A stretch of DNA of 61,806 nt, taken from the IMG/VR virus record IMGVR_UViG_3300035154_000018, positions 1 to 61,806 of that record, one strand, 5' to 3'. Both the position numbers and the translations under genes were made by a program. Under the pieces are notes generated by a model. It worked only from the letters and a program-made list of their open reading frames with translations. It did no database searches and was not told the DNA's origin. This DNA comes from a virus (lineage: Duplodnaviria; Caudoviricetes). Below are positions 8,572 through 16,393 of the stretch, one piece after another; within the stretch, counting starts at the first letter, position 1; each line of letters begins with the position of its first letter.

Positions 8572-9023
8572 GTTACGATCCTCTCGAAGGTGTAGCCCTT
8601 GTGCTGCTTGCGCAGACCGTTGATGACGTCAGCAATGCCCGGGGCATTACCACCGATATGCTTCGCGCATTCCGCGATCGTGCGAAATTCCTCCCCGGTT
8701 TCAATGATGCGGACCGGGATGGCTTTCCTCGAGACGTACGGCCGCGGTTGCACGTGATAGACGTTGATGGGATCTTCTGGCGGCGGAAAGTGATCGACAT
8801 CCTTGCAGCCACACGTTTGGGTATGCCAGTTCCCATGCTTACCGTTAGATCCCAGTGGACGATGCCGATCAATCTCGTTGATGAGGTGCTGGATACGCTT
8901 GGCGGTTGACTCGCTCGTGCGGTAATCGTCTGTCTCATTACCACGCAGTAAGGCACTCTGCGCAAGACACAGTGTTTCCCGCATCATCTTCAGGTCGCCA
9001 TCGGGAACGATAAGCGCTGCCAT
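8568..9023 (-). CDS. Protein with C-terminal NUMOD1-like DNA-binding domain
   Basis: PVRIIETGEEFRTIAECAKHIG...HKGYTF. Confidence 0.7.
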   Translation of the reverse strand: MAALIVPDGDLKMMRETLCLAQSALLRGNETDDYRTSESTAKRIQHLINEIDRHRPLGSNGKHGNWHTQTCGCKDVDHFPPPEDPINVYHVQPRPYVSRKAIPVRIIETGEEFRTIAECAKHIGGNAPGIADVINGLRKQHKGYTFERIVT

Positions 9024-9404
9024 CTACTCCACCCTCTCGAAATGAAAACCGTGGTGAGACCTACGCAGGCCGCGGACACACTCGCTGATGGCTGAGATAT
9101 GGCCACCGATGTCCTCGGCACAGAGACGCAATGTTGCGTATTCTTTCTTCGTCTCAAGAACACGAATACGGCTGCCCTCGATGGCCTCCGTGGTCACATA
9201 CTCGATGAAGAGGAAGTCGGCCGGCTCGAAGCAGGCTGTCTGGGTGTTGGTGCAGTCATCCGAGATATACAGCATCCCGCACCTAGCAGCACACTGCTTA
9301 GACTTCTTCGCCTCATCGATGTGGATGAATCGTCCTCCGCATATCGAGCAATACTTAGCTCGTCGGAAGAGAATATCCATCCGCTCCACGCGTGTCTGGA
9401 TCAC
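9024..9404 (-). CDS. Zn-ribbon plus NUMOD1-like domain protein
   Basis: CSICG...CAARCG; RIRVLETKKEYATLRLCAEDIG...HHGFHF. Confidence 0.7.
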   Translation of the reverse strand: MIQTRVERMDILFRRAKYCSICGGRFIHIDEAKKSKQCAARCGMLYISDDCTNTQTACFEPADFLFIEYVTTEAIEGSRIRVLETKKEYATLRLCAEDIGGHISAISECVRGLRRSHHGFHFERVE

Positions 9405-9715
9405 TCGAGATCCTCCTCGTCTACGTCGGCTGGCAGGTAGATGTGTAGTCTGATGTCCTGCTTCGACTCAGTCTTCAGACGCTCCATCTCCTCCTTGTAC
9501 AGTGTCGCCATGTCCTTCTCGAGAGCTTCCGTCAACACGATCAGCAGGTTCTGTGCGAACGAGTTTTCGTAGGAAACTGTCTTTGTTGGTCCAGATGAAA
9601 GGTTGGGTGGTGTCTCGATCGAGGTAGATAACGGCGGTGTAGTCGGATCGGTGATGCCGTCCTGGATAAGTGCTCTCCTGTAGAACCGTCTCAGGTTGTT
9701 CAGATCCTGATCCAT
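9401..9715 (-). CDS. Hypothetical protein
   Basis: ATG at 9715 after GAAGGA. Confidence 0.65.
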   Translation of the reverse strand: MDQDLNNLRRFYRRALIQDGITDPTTPPLSTSIETPPNLSSGPTKTVSYENSFAQNLLIVLTEALEKDMATLYKEEMERLKTESKQDIRLHIYLPADVDEEDLE

Positions 9716-9920
9716 GATCGCACCATCCTTCGGCGTCTCGTTGAGTGATATATGCCTGAAGCTCGTGAATACGGATGCTCTGTTCCTGAGCAATTTGCTC
9801 GAGGCGATCGATGTTATTGTTCTGCTGACGGTACTGCTCGACGAGCCACCAACCAACGCCGGCCAGCGAAACAGTACATAGAAGGAAGCCGCAGAGTACC
9901 AGTATTTCGTTTATTGGCAT
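9468..9920 (-). CDS. Membrane-anchored coiled-coil protein
   Basis: N-terminal hydrophobic helix then coiled coil; tail overlaps next gene by 248 nt. Confidence 0.6.
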   Translation of the reverse strand: MPINEILVLCGFLLCTVSLAGVGWWLVEQYRQQNNNIDRLEQIAQEQSIRIHELQAYITQRDAEGWCDHGSGSEQPETVLQESTYPGRHHRSDYTAVIYLDRDTTQPFIWTNKDSFLRKLVRTEPADRVDGSSREGHGDTVQGGDGASED

Positions 9921-9923
9921 CGT

Positions 9924-10127
9924 TTACTCTTTACTGTAGATGTACTCCAGGTACTTTCGCATTCTTGGCTCTAGGATGGCCCAGGAAGGGGTCTCAGGCC
10001 CGCTGTGAGCCACGTAGACGGCCTTTAGGTATACCAGGTCGACCTCGATCTTTACGTGCCTGATGAGGCGCTCAGGGTCTTCGATATAGATGATATCGGA
10101 AGCTTTTACTTCTTCCCCGTCCGCCAC
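9924..10127 (-). CDS. Hypothetical protein
   Basis: 67 aa with GGAG RBS. Confidence 0.65.
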   Translation of the reverse strand: MADGEEVKASDIIYIEDPERLIRHVKIEVDLVYLKAVYVAHSGPETPSWAILEPRMRKYLEYIYSKE

Positions 10128-10222
10128 TGCTCCTGCATCTCCAATCGCGAATCGTAGAAATATGACCAGAATCGAGGACGGATACCCACGGCGTAGATGA
10201 GCACGCGCAGCTTCTGCACCAT
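10106..10222 (-). CDS. Small basic protein
   Basis: MVQKLRVLIYAVGIRPRF; resembles the upstream gene. Confidence 0.5.
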   Translation of the reverse strand: MVQKLRVLIYAVGIRPRFWSYFYDSRLEMQEQWRTGKK

Positions 10223-10223
10223 G

Positions 10224-10457
10224 TTAGCCACGATGAGTGCACCCTGAATTGTCTCGAACCCAAGTACCATCCTTGAGAATCCAGCGATCGCACGCCAAAC
10301 AGTTGTTGGCAGTCCTGGCGAGAAAGAGTCCTCGCTCAAAACCCTCTAACAACTTCTTAGCGTCAATGCGCATGTTCAACGTCGGGGAGTGAAGAACCGT
10401 ATACAGTCTCGGCCGGAAGCCCATCTTGTATACGAGTTTACGAATAAGAGTCAACAC
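10224..10457 (-). CDS. Small basic protein
   Basis: GTG at 10457 after GAGGAGGA. Confidence 0.6.
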   Translation of the reverse strand: MLTLIRKLVYKMGFRPRLYTVLHSPTLNMRIDAKKLLEGFERGLFLARTANNCLACDRWILKDGTWVRDNSGCTHRG

Positions 10458-10458
10458 G

Positions 10459-10677
10459 TCAGTCCTCCTCATCCACCTCAAGCAAGATACCGATCTTGCT
10501 ACCTTGAGTTTTGCCGACGATCTTCATCACTCCGTGGTATTCATTGCAGCGCTTGAGCTCGCTGGTACTACCACCGAAGACGAACAGCTTGTCTCCGCAG
10601 ATAGGGCAGTATCGCATCTGTGCCCACAGGGTTTCGAGAAGATCTGCGCGTTTACTGCTTCTCTTGGTCTTGGGCAT
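10459..10677 (-). CDS. Zn-ribbon protein
   Basis: CPICG...CNEYHG. Confidence 0.65.
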   Translation of the reverse strand: MPKTKRSSKRADLLETLWAQMRYCPICGDKLFVFGGSTSELKRCNEYHGVMKIVGKTQGSKIGILLEVDEED

Positions 10678-11021
10678 TACTTCTCCTTGGTCGGATCCCA
10701 TCCGAGGTTCTCGACAAGACGCTGGTGGTCGATCTCGTGCTGCTCGATCGTATCGTCTTGAGTGAGGATGATGGTTAGTTGAGTTTCGTTCTTCGCCGTC
10801 AGATGCGCAACCTCATCTCCGAGATCGTTGATCGATGACGACAGTCTTTCGTTCTGCTCTCTGAAATAATCGACACGATCGCTCATGGACTTGTTGGCAT
10901 TCAGGAGATTCTCGAGCATCTCTTCCCGCTGCTTGGCTTTTCGTCGTAGTCCCATGATCTCCAAGGACGCCACAAGCATGGCGAAAATCACGATCACGGA
11001 TATACCATTACCCCACGACAT
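10677..11021 (-). CDS. Membrane-anchored coiled-coil protein
   Basis: N-terminal TM helix, heptad-rich remainder. Confidence 0.7.
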   Translation of the reverse strand: MSWGNGISVIVIFAMLVASLEIMGLRRKAKQREEMLENLLNANKSMSDRVDYFREQNERLSSSINDLGDEVAHLTAKNETQLTIILTQDDTIEQHEIDHQRLVENLGWDPTKEK

Positions 11022-11024
11022 TTG

Positions 11025-11228
11025 CTAAACCCTATTCTTGTGATGGTTGAGACAGTGATAACGCTCCTCGGAAAGCTCCTGTCGCAAATTCCTTTCAATT
11101 CTTACGAGCTCGACGATCAGAGCTTTTCGTGCTTTGTTACTCTTGCGCAGCCGATAAACTTCGAGAACCGCCACCAATAAGGTGATCAGTGGAATCGCAC
11201 CAAAACTGCCGAACCAATGTAACGTCAT
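11025..11228 (-). CDS. Small membrane protein
   Basis: N-terminal TM helix, basic tail. Confidence 0.6.
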   Translation of the reverse strand: MTLHWFGSFGAIPLITLLVAVLEVYRLRKSNKARKALIVELVRIERNLRQELSEERYHCLNHHKNRV

Positions 11229-12049
11229 TTTATCGACCATACTCCCATCCGGAGGTGACCGTACATGCAGTAATAGAAACCCGGCTCGTTCGTAGCGTTG
11301 TACAAGAGCGCCGTACCGCACGTGTCGCAGTAAGGGTATGTTTCGAACCCGGCAAGCATCGTGGGCTCGTGCCAATCACCGATACCCGGCTCGTGCACTT
11401 CCAGCCATCCGTGGTTGTTGGGACAGTAGAACCCATCCTTGGGGCCGACCATGGGTACGAGAACGATTCCACAGTCCATACAGTTCGTATAGGCCTTCAT
11501 GGTGCCGTAGGTCGTCGGCGTCTTCTCCGTCGTCATGTCGCGGTTCATCCACCCGCCGGACTTGAGCCGATCTACCTCGCGCTGCAGGTAGAAGACCGCT
11601 TTCTCGAGATCCTGGATTTGCTTCTCGGGGTTCTTCCAGCCGGCACGGGCGATGTACTTGAATGCGTTGCCGAGATTGAAGCCGCTCTTGCCGTCGGGTC
11701 CGACCAGCTGCTCGCAGACGTCGATGACCTCGAAGCCCTTGTACTGGTTGTACTGGTTGTAGTGGTCGGGGTGCACGACCTCTTCCTTGGGGTTCTGCTT
11801 CTTGATGTCCTCGGCGACCAGACGTAGTTTCGCCGTCACTTCTGCGGGAGACATGATTTGGCGGATCACCTCTTCTGTCTCATCTCGCGAAATGATGAAA
11901 TCCTCCGGCTTTGCCGGCGCCACCCCACACTTTCCGCCAACGATCCTATTTAGCATCTCCCACGTTTGGTCGACAGTCCGCATCGACGTAACCTGTTCCT
12001 CATCGGTTATCTCGACCGGGTTGTTCTGTCCGTCAAGTCCGTTAGTCAC
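11225..12049 (-). CDS. DUF3310-type (T7 gp1.7 nucleotide kinase-like) domain with two C-terminal Zn ribbons
   Basis: VHPDHY...EVIDV...GFNLGNAFKYIARAGWK...QDLEKAVFYL; CMDCG and CDTCG. Confidence 0.7.
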   Translation of the reverse strand: MTNGLDGQNNPVEITDEEQVTSMRTVDQTWEMLNRIVGGKCGVAPAKPEDFIISRDETEEVIRQIMSPAEVTAKLRLVAEDIKKQNPKEEVVHPDHYNQYNQYKGFEVIDVCEQLVGPDGKSGFNLGNAFKYIARAGWKNPEKQIQDLEKAVFYLQREVDRLKSGGWMNRDMTTEKTPTTYGTMKAYTNCMDCGIVLVPMVGPKDGFYCPNNHGWLEVHEPGIGDWHEPTMLAGFETYPYCDTCGTALLYNATNEPGFYYCMYGHLRMGVWSIK

Positions 12050-12097
12050 CGCAGTGTCCCTTTGTTGATCATGGTGAAAAAACTATGGTGTGTAAAA

Positions 12098-12130
12098 GTG
12101 AAAACTCTGAGCCTATGGTTAAGGCTCAGA
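12098..12130 (-). terminator. Intrinsic terminator
   Basis: CTCTGAGCC/GGCTCAGAG hairpin, T-run on minus strand. Confidence 0.7.
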
Positions 12131-12136
12131 GATGAG

Positions 12137-12355
12137 TTAGTTGTTGAGAAGTTTCTCAAGGTGGTCGATCAGGACGTCGTTGAGTTCTTCTTCGCTCATG
12201 TTCTCGTACGACGAACCTTCCGGTGCCTCGATGCAATGCAGCACCTTGTCGTCGGTCAAGAAGTAGATCTTGACGTTGTCAGGTGTTACATGCAGCTGGT
12301 CGGGGTTGTCGATGAGCTGGTGGCGAATCACGATTTCGTCAACGGTCAGTCGCAT
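12137..12355 (-). CDS. Cassette gene, hypothetical
   Basis: AAGGA RBS; own promoter motif and terminator. Confidence 0.7.
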   Translation of the reverse strand: MRLTVDEIVIRHQLIDNPDQLHVTPDNVKIYFLTDDKVLHCIEAPEGSSYENMSEEELNDVLIDHLEKLLNN

Positions 12356-12372
12356 GATGATTCCTTTCGCAG

Positions 12373-12405
12373 GGGGTCTCATAATAATCCATGTTTATTC
12401 TGCGA
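12373..12405 (-). promoter_or_regulatory. Repeated phage promoter motif
   Basis: TCGCAGAATAAACATGGATTATTATGAGACCCC. Confidence 0.75.
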
Positions 12406-12423
12406 CAAAGAAAGAACAACAGT

Positions 12424-12455
12424 AAAACGCTGACTCCGTGTATAGAGTCAGCGTT
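12424..12455 (-). terminator. Intrinsic terminator
   Basis: AACGCTGACTC/GAGTCAGCGTT hairpin. Confidence 0.7.
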
Positions 12456-12461
12456 GAGATA

Positions 12462-12716
12462 TCACAAAGTGATGAGGATCTTCTGGGTCTCGGTCGTGCT
12501 GCGTTCCTTGTGGATTCGAATGGTGTTCTCCTCACGCAGCGCTCGCATATATCCCGAATACCACGAGTCAGCGGCCTGATCCATGAGAGCGGCGAGGGCG
12601 TCGCGCTTCATGACTCGGACACGTTCCTTGTGGTACAGGACTGCGGCGATGATGGTGAGGTGAGCTCCAGCGAGGAAAGAAACGACGGCAATAAGAGCGA
12701 TCATTATGGTATCCAT
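12462..12716 (-). CDS. Cassette gene, membrane protein
   Basis: N-terminal TM helix. Confidence 0.7.
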   Translation of the reverse strand: MDTIMIALIAVVSFLAGAHLTIIAAVLYHKERVRVMKRDALAALMDQAADSWYSGYMRALREENTIRIHKERSTTETQKILITL

Positions 12717-12727
12717 TCAGGGGTGAT

Positions 12728-12760
12728 GGGATCTCATAATAACCCGTGTTTTTCCTGCGA
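12728..12760 (-). promoter_or_regulatory. Repeated phage promoter motif
   Basis: TCGCAGGAAAAACACGGGTTATTATGAGATCCC. Confidence 0.75.
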
Positions 12761-12794
12761 GAAAAGAATAGAGCCCGTGTTAGGGGCTCTTTTT
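12761..12794 (-). terminator. Intrinsic terminator abutting the next promoter
   Basis: AGAGCCC/GGGCTCT hairpin with T-rich tail. Confidence 0.7.
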
Positions 12795-12797
12795 CCT

Positions 12798-13010
12798 TTA
12801 GAGGCTCTGCTGTTCTTTGATGAATCTGAAGACGTCGATCATGTCGCTGGCGTCCGCCATCCGGAAATTGAAATTCGGCTGAGCGTAATAACACGTCATG
12901 CTTCCGTCCAACATGTAGTAGATTCTACTGCCGGCTTCATTCATGAATGTTTTCTCAGGGTTCTCTTCCAGAAAGCGGTTCGCGAGGTAATCGTCCGTAG
13001 AAACAGACAT
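12798..13010 (-). CDS. Cassette gene, hypothetical
   Basis: GAAGGA RBS, ATG at 13010. Confidence 0.7.
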   Translation of the reverse strand: MSVSTDDYLANRFLEENPEKTFMNEAGSRIYYMLDGSMTCYYAQPNFNFRMADASDMIDVFRFIKEQQSL

Positions 13011-13026
13011 AGCAATTCCTTCCGCA

Positions 13027-13059
13027 GGGGTCTCATTATAACCCATGTAATCCCTGCGA
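13027..13059 (-). promoter_or_regulatory. Repeated phage promoter motif
   Basis: TCGCAGGGATTACATGGGTTATAATGAGACCCC. Confidence 0.75.
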
Positions 13060-13060
13060 G

Positions 13061-13089
13061 AAAAAGAAAGAGCCCGTGTTACCGGGCTC
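13061..13089 (-). terminator. Intrinsic terminator abutting the next promoter
   Basis: GAGCCCG/CGGGCTC hairpin then TTTCTTTTT. Confidence 0.7.
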
Positions 13090-13094
13090 CCTCC

Positions 13095-13391
13095 TCAGTG
13101 TCCTTGGCGTTTCTCCAGCGTATGCAGATATAAGCTCCGGGGGGTTGCCGGCATCATGGCCAACATTTCCCCGCGGGCTTTTTTCATCCAGACGTCCAGG
13201 CCGTCGATGATCTCAGCCTGAATTTCTGGATTCTCGATCGGATGGTCGACGAACTCTTTCTTGACGGTGTTGAAGAAGCACAGCCGGGTCAGTGGGGTGT
13301 CCTCCAGCCGGGCATCCCTCAAGAAGAAAGGATATGCCGCAGCCGCTTGCTTCAGTCGTGCCTCTGCAGTATTCTGCGCCTCCCCAGGCAT
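13095..13391 (-). CDS. Hypothetical protein
   Basis: ATG at 13391 just after upstream stop. Confidence 0.65.
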   Translation of the reverse strand: MPGEAQNTAEARLKQAAAAYPFFLRDARLEDTPLTRLCFFNTVKKEFVDHPIENPEIQAEIIDGLDVWMKKARGEMLAMMPATPRSLYLHTLEKRQGH

Positions 13392-13393
13392 GG

Positions 13394-13780
13394 CTACCGC
13401 CGTCTGAGAAGCGCGTAGAGCGCTCCTGCGCCCACTGCCCAGGTAATGACGCGTCCCCACGGGCCGGCTGTGTCCACGACCGCCTGATAGACGTTTCTGA
13501 CGAGGTAGTCCTCCATCAGATCGTTGGCGTGGACCGGGCTGCCGTATTCCTCGAGCGCTTTGTCGACGACGTCTACCATCTTGTTCCAGGCCCTCTCCTG
13601 CTTGCGCGTCCAGTCGATGCTGATGGGATCGATGTGGGGCTCCCACGGCCGGCCGAATTTCTGGGTAAAGCGCCGGTGTGCCTTGAGATATCGCTCGACC
13701 GCGGCGTTGTACTGATCCGCCAGCTTGTCGGAGATCTCGAACTTGAGTGGGCTCTGCTCGCCGTAGGAATACGTGGGCAC
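13394..13780 (-). CDS. Protein with C-terminal membrane anchor
   Basis: 128 aa; AGGAG RBS. Confidence 0.75.
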   Translation of the reverse strand: MPTYSYGEQSPLKFEISDKLADQYNAAVERYLKAHRRFTQKFGRPWEPHIDPISIDWTRKQERAWNKMVDVVDKALEEYGSPVHANDLMEDYLVRNVYQAVVDTAGPWGRVITWAVGAGALYALLRRR

Positions 13781-13792
13781 GTCAGTTTCTCC

Positions 13793-14002
13793 TTATCGGA
13801 CGTTGATACGAGAATGCCCAGCCGACCGGGACCTAAGTTCTTCCGTGTCCTTGACGATTCCTCGCAACGTCTCAGCGAGCTCGTGTACTAGCGTCTTAGC
13901 TCCGCCCAAAGACTCCGTATCACCCTTGTTGATCATCTCGTAGATCTTGTTTTCGGTGTTGGTGATTTCCGCGACGATCTCGTCATGGGAATACGTGGGC
14001 AC
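13793..14002 (-). CDS. Hypothetical protein
   Basis: 69 aa; AGGAGG RBS. Confidence 0.7.
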   Translation of the reverse strand: MPTYSHDEIVAEITNTENKIYEMINKGDTESLGGAKTLVHELAETLRGIVKDTEELRSRSAGHSRINVR

Positions 14003-14003
14003 G

Positions 14004-14279
14004 TCAGTCCTCCTGGATGAGCTGCTTGATCTTCTCGAGGGCGCTTGAGGTCAACGTCTCGGCTGTCTGAGTCAGCTTGTGGTTGAGGAAGTCGAGGACC
14101 TGTTGCTGGACAACCGGGTCGCGAAGAGGTTTCTCCGTCATGACCCGCATGGCAGCAGTCCAGAAGAGGAAGTCGGACGTCTTGGTGTCGTGCTCGATCA
14201 GATCCCAGCTGGCCTGACTGGCGATGAAGGCTTGGGTGATCTCACGACCTAGCTTGCCGTCGAGTCCGTCGATGGTCAT
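14004..14279 (-). CDS. Hypothetical protein
   Basis: ATGA overlap with upstream stop. Confidence 0.7.
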   Translation of the reverse strand: MTIDGLDGKLGREITQAFIASQASWDLIEHDTKTSDFLFWTAAMRVMTEKPLRDPVVQQQVLDFLNHKLTQTAETLTSSALEKIKQLIQED

Positions 14280-14473
14280 CGGCCAACCCACTTCCGTAGC
14301 CCGCCGAAAGGAACACGCGCCTTGGACGCAACAGTTGACTCATCCCACAGCACGTCGATGTCCTGATCCAACGCCTCGAGCTTCTTGGAGACGATGACCA
14401 GCACCACGGGGATGATCACGAGGTAGGACAGTGCCACGACACCCGTGACCTTCTCAAGCTTCAGTTTTGCCAT
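14276..14473 (-). CDS. Small membrane protein
   Basis: Single TM helix; GAGGA RBS. Confidence 0.65.
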   Translation of the reverse strand: MAKLKLEKVTGVVALSYLVIIPVVLVIVSKKLEALDQDIDVLWDESTVASKARVPFGGLRKWVGR

Positions 14474-14645
14474 GCTCTCTGATCCTCTCGCAGATATGAG
14501 TGTATGGGCAGTCACCCACACAAGGACGATCGCCGATCTCACAGGCTTCTTGGTTGTGCATGTAGAATGCGTGGAAGGCTTCGCTCAGATTCAAGAAAGC
14601 CGACGACACCTCTTCTACCGTCGTATGGACTTCCTGTAGGGTCAC
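14454..14645 (-). CDS. Small Cys/His-rich protein
   Basis: HNQEAC...C...C...HIC; GTGA overlap. Confidence 0.6.
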   Translation of the reverse strand: MTLQEVHTTVEEVSSAFLNLSEAFHAFYMHNQEACEIGDRPCVGDCPYTHICERIREHGKTEA

Positions 14646-14740
14646 CGGATCAGAGCGCGGATTGCCAGTGCGGCGACGGCGCCGATGATGAGGGGCTTCT
14701 TGTGGATGATGATGTAATTCTTGATCTGCTCGAGGGTCAT
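14642..14740 (-). CDS. Small membrane peptide
   Basis: MTLEQIKN...ALAIRALIR after GAGGAG. Confidence 0.6.
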   Translation of the reverse strand: MTLEQIKNYIIIHKKPLIIGAVAALAIRALIR

Positions 14741-14748
14741 GCTTCTCC

Positions 14749-15021
14749 TCAGAGAAAGTAGTAATACGCCACGATGACAGCGAGTATTGCCAGGAAGAGA
14801 AGGACCTTGGCGTGGTCGATCGCGTGGATGTCGGTGACAGAGATATGCAGATGCGCCGGTTTGGTGACGTCCGGAGCCCACATGTTAACGTTCCAGTGCA
14901 GATCCTCCCACTCGGGATGCATCTCTTTGAGCTCTCGAATGACTGACTGCGTTACCTCGATGTGGTTGGCATCGAGTCTCGGCTGTAGTATTGTGCGGGA
15001 CTCGAAGATGACTTTACTCAT
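14749..15021 (-). CDS. Protein with C-terminal membrane anchor
   Basis: 90 aa; hydrophobic C-terminus. Confidence 0.7.
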   Translation of the reverse strand: MSKVIFESRTILQPRLDANHIEVTQSVIRELKEMHPEWEDLHWNVNMWAPDVTKPAHLHISVTDIHAIDHAKVLLFLAILAVIVAYYYFL

Positions 15022-15062
15022 GATTCCGTTTCTCCGAGGAGTCGAGTGCTACTGGAATTCTG

Positions 15063-15473
15063 TTATTGCGCCGGCTGTGGCGAACTGGGCTTGGCTTGCA
15101 TCGGAACGGTCCGAGGGTTTGCTACGGTATTCCCGCCACTGAATACCGGAACAAGAGGTTTGTCCTCGATAAGAGGAACCTGTGCGAAGTCGTCGGGAAG
15201 CTCGTTAAAGCTCTTCGTGAGCCACTCCTGCGGGTAGACCTTGCAGAAGGGCTCGCCCTTGCGGATGGACATGGTGACCCACATGCCGACGTAGGCCTCG
15301 GTCTGCCGGGGATCTAGAACCCGATAGACCGGTACTCGAATGAACGGATTCTTTCCGCTCTCAATTACGTGTCCCTGGCACCAGTCTGCGATCTGTTGCA
15401 TGTTCTCTGCGGTTACCTGGTATCCGGTGATGATGAAAGGCTTACTGATGAACCGGTGTGCCTTGGCAGTCAC
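15063..15473 (-). CDS. Hypothetical phage protein
   Basis: 136 aa; GAGGA RBS. Confidence 0.7.
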   Translation of the reverse strand: MTAKAHRFISKPFIITGYQVTAENMQQIADWCQGHVIESGKNPFIRVPVYRVLDPRQTEAYVGMWVTMSIRKGEPFCKVYPQEWLTKSFNELPDDFAQVPLIEDKPLVPVFSGGNTVANPRTVPMQAKPSSPQPAQ

Positions 15474-15632
15474 TATTGTTCCTCTCGCGGAAGGATATGA
15501 TTCTGTCGACCCTTGACATTGATCATTTAGTGGCTCCTACGAGGTCCGGCCTCCTCGTAGGGACGAAACATAAAGCAACGCGCTGGGCCTCACAGCCCCC
15601 TGCAAAGCCCAGCGCGGGTAGAACCCCCATTA

Positions 15633-15815
15633 TTACATGCCGTACCAGCGGACCTCACCGTAGTACTCGGCATTCTCCTTCAGCCACTCAGGCAATTCCT
15701 CGGGCTTGAGGACGTCCCAGTGCCAGTACTCCTGCTCAGGGCAGAGCTCTGGGCTCAGAACACCTTGGAGCACCAGATGCTTGATGCCCTCGATGCCCTG
15801 TCGGATCGTGTCCAT
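15633..15815 (-). CDS. Hypothetical protein
   Basis: 60 aa directly after SSB. Confidence 0.65.
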   Translation of the reverse strand: MDTIRQGIEGIKHLVLQGVLSPELCPEQEYWHWDVLKPEELPEWLKENAEYYGEVRWYGM

Positions 15816-15817
15816 CG

Positions 15818-16393
15818 CTAGACCTCCTCGCCCTCGTAGTCGAACTGCTGACGCGAGCCGGCCTCGATCGCCGGCATTTCTCCCCCGGCGACGGCGATCT
15901 GCGGGACCGTGGAGTACTCGAGCTCGAGTGGGTTCTCGTACATGGTGTAGAACATCGTGTCGAGGTAGGCCTTGCGACCATGAGTACCGGTCTTCATCAT
16001 CCAGTCGTACCCGGTGAGCGTCAGGTCGACCTTGAGTGCGTCCAGATCGTCCAGCATGTTGATGAAACCCTCGCCGAGCATGGTCCGGCCGCTGGACGTG
16101 ATGAGCCAGATACGAGGCGGCTTGACCTGGAAACTGACAGCCACCTCGAGAGTGTACTCAGGCGGACCGTAGTCCTCGCCGTCGTCGGCGTTGCGCTTGC
16201 GGGGCTTGATCTTCCAGGTGTCGCCCCACTGGTTCTGCTGACGCATCAGTTCTTCTGCCGTGTTGGCATCCAACAGAAGGTTGAAGTTGCGCTTTCCCTC
16301 GGGGTTGTATTGCTTCTGGGCCCCGGCGAAGTTCTTCCAGATGACAGCGGCGTCTCGGAAGATGTGAATTTCGGGCCTTGTCGGTGGCGCCAT
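15818..16393 (-). CDS. Probable single-stranded DNA-binding protein
   Basis: WKNFAG...GKRNFNL motif, acidic C-terminal tail, position downstream of the replicase. Confidence 0.65.
   Translation of the reverse strand: MAPPTRPEIHIFRDAAVIWKNFAGAQKQYNPEGKRNFNLLLDANTAEELMRQQNQWGDTWKIKPRKRNADDGEDYGPPEYTLEVAVSFQVKPPRIWLITSSGRTMLGEGFINMLDDLDALKVDLTLTGYDWMMKTGTHGRKAYLDTMFYTMYENPLELEYSTVPQIAVAGGEMPAIEAGSRQQFDYEGEEV

Noticed and set aside
12373-13059. CRISPR array
   Set aside because: Repeats are imperfect, about 300-350 bp apart and separated by genes and terminators; no cas operon.
15520-15575. Hammerhead ribozyme (stem followed by GGACGAAAC on + strand)
   Set aside because: CTGATGA core is missing and it is antisense to transcription; likely a plain hairpin.
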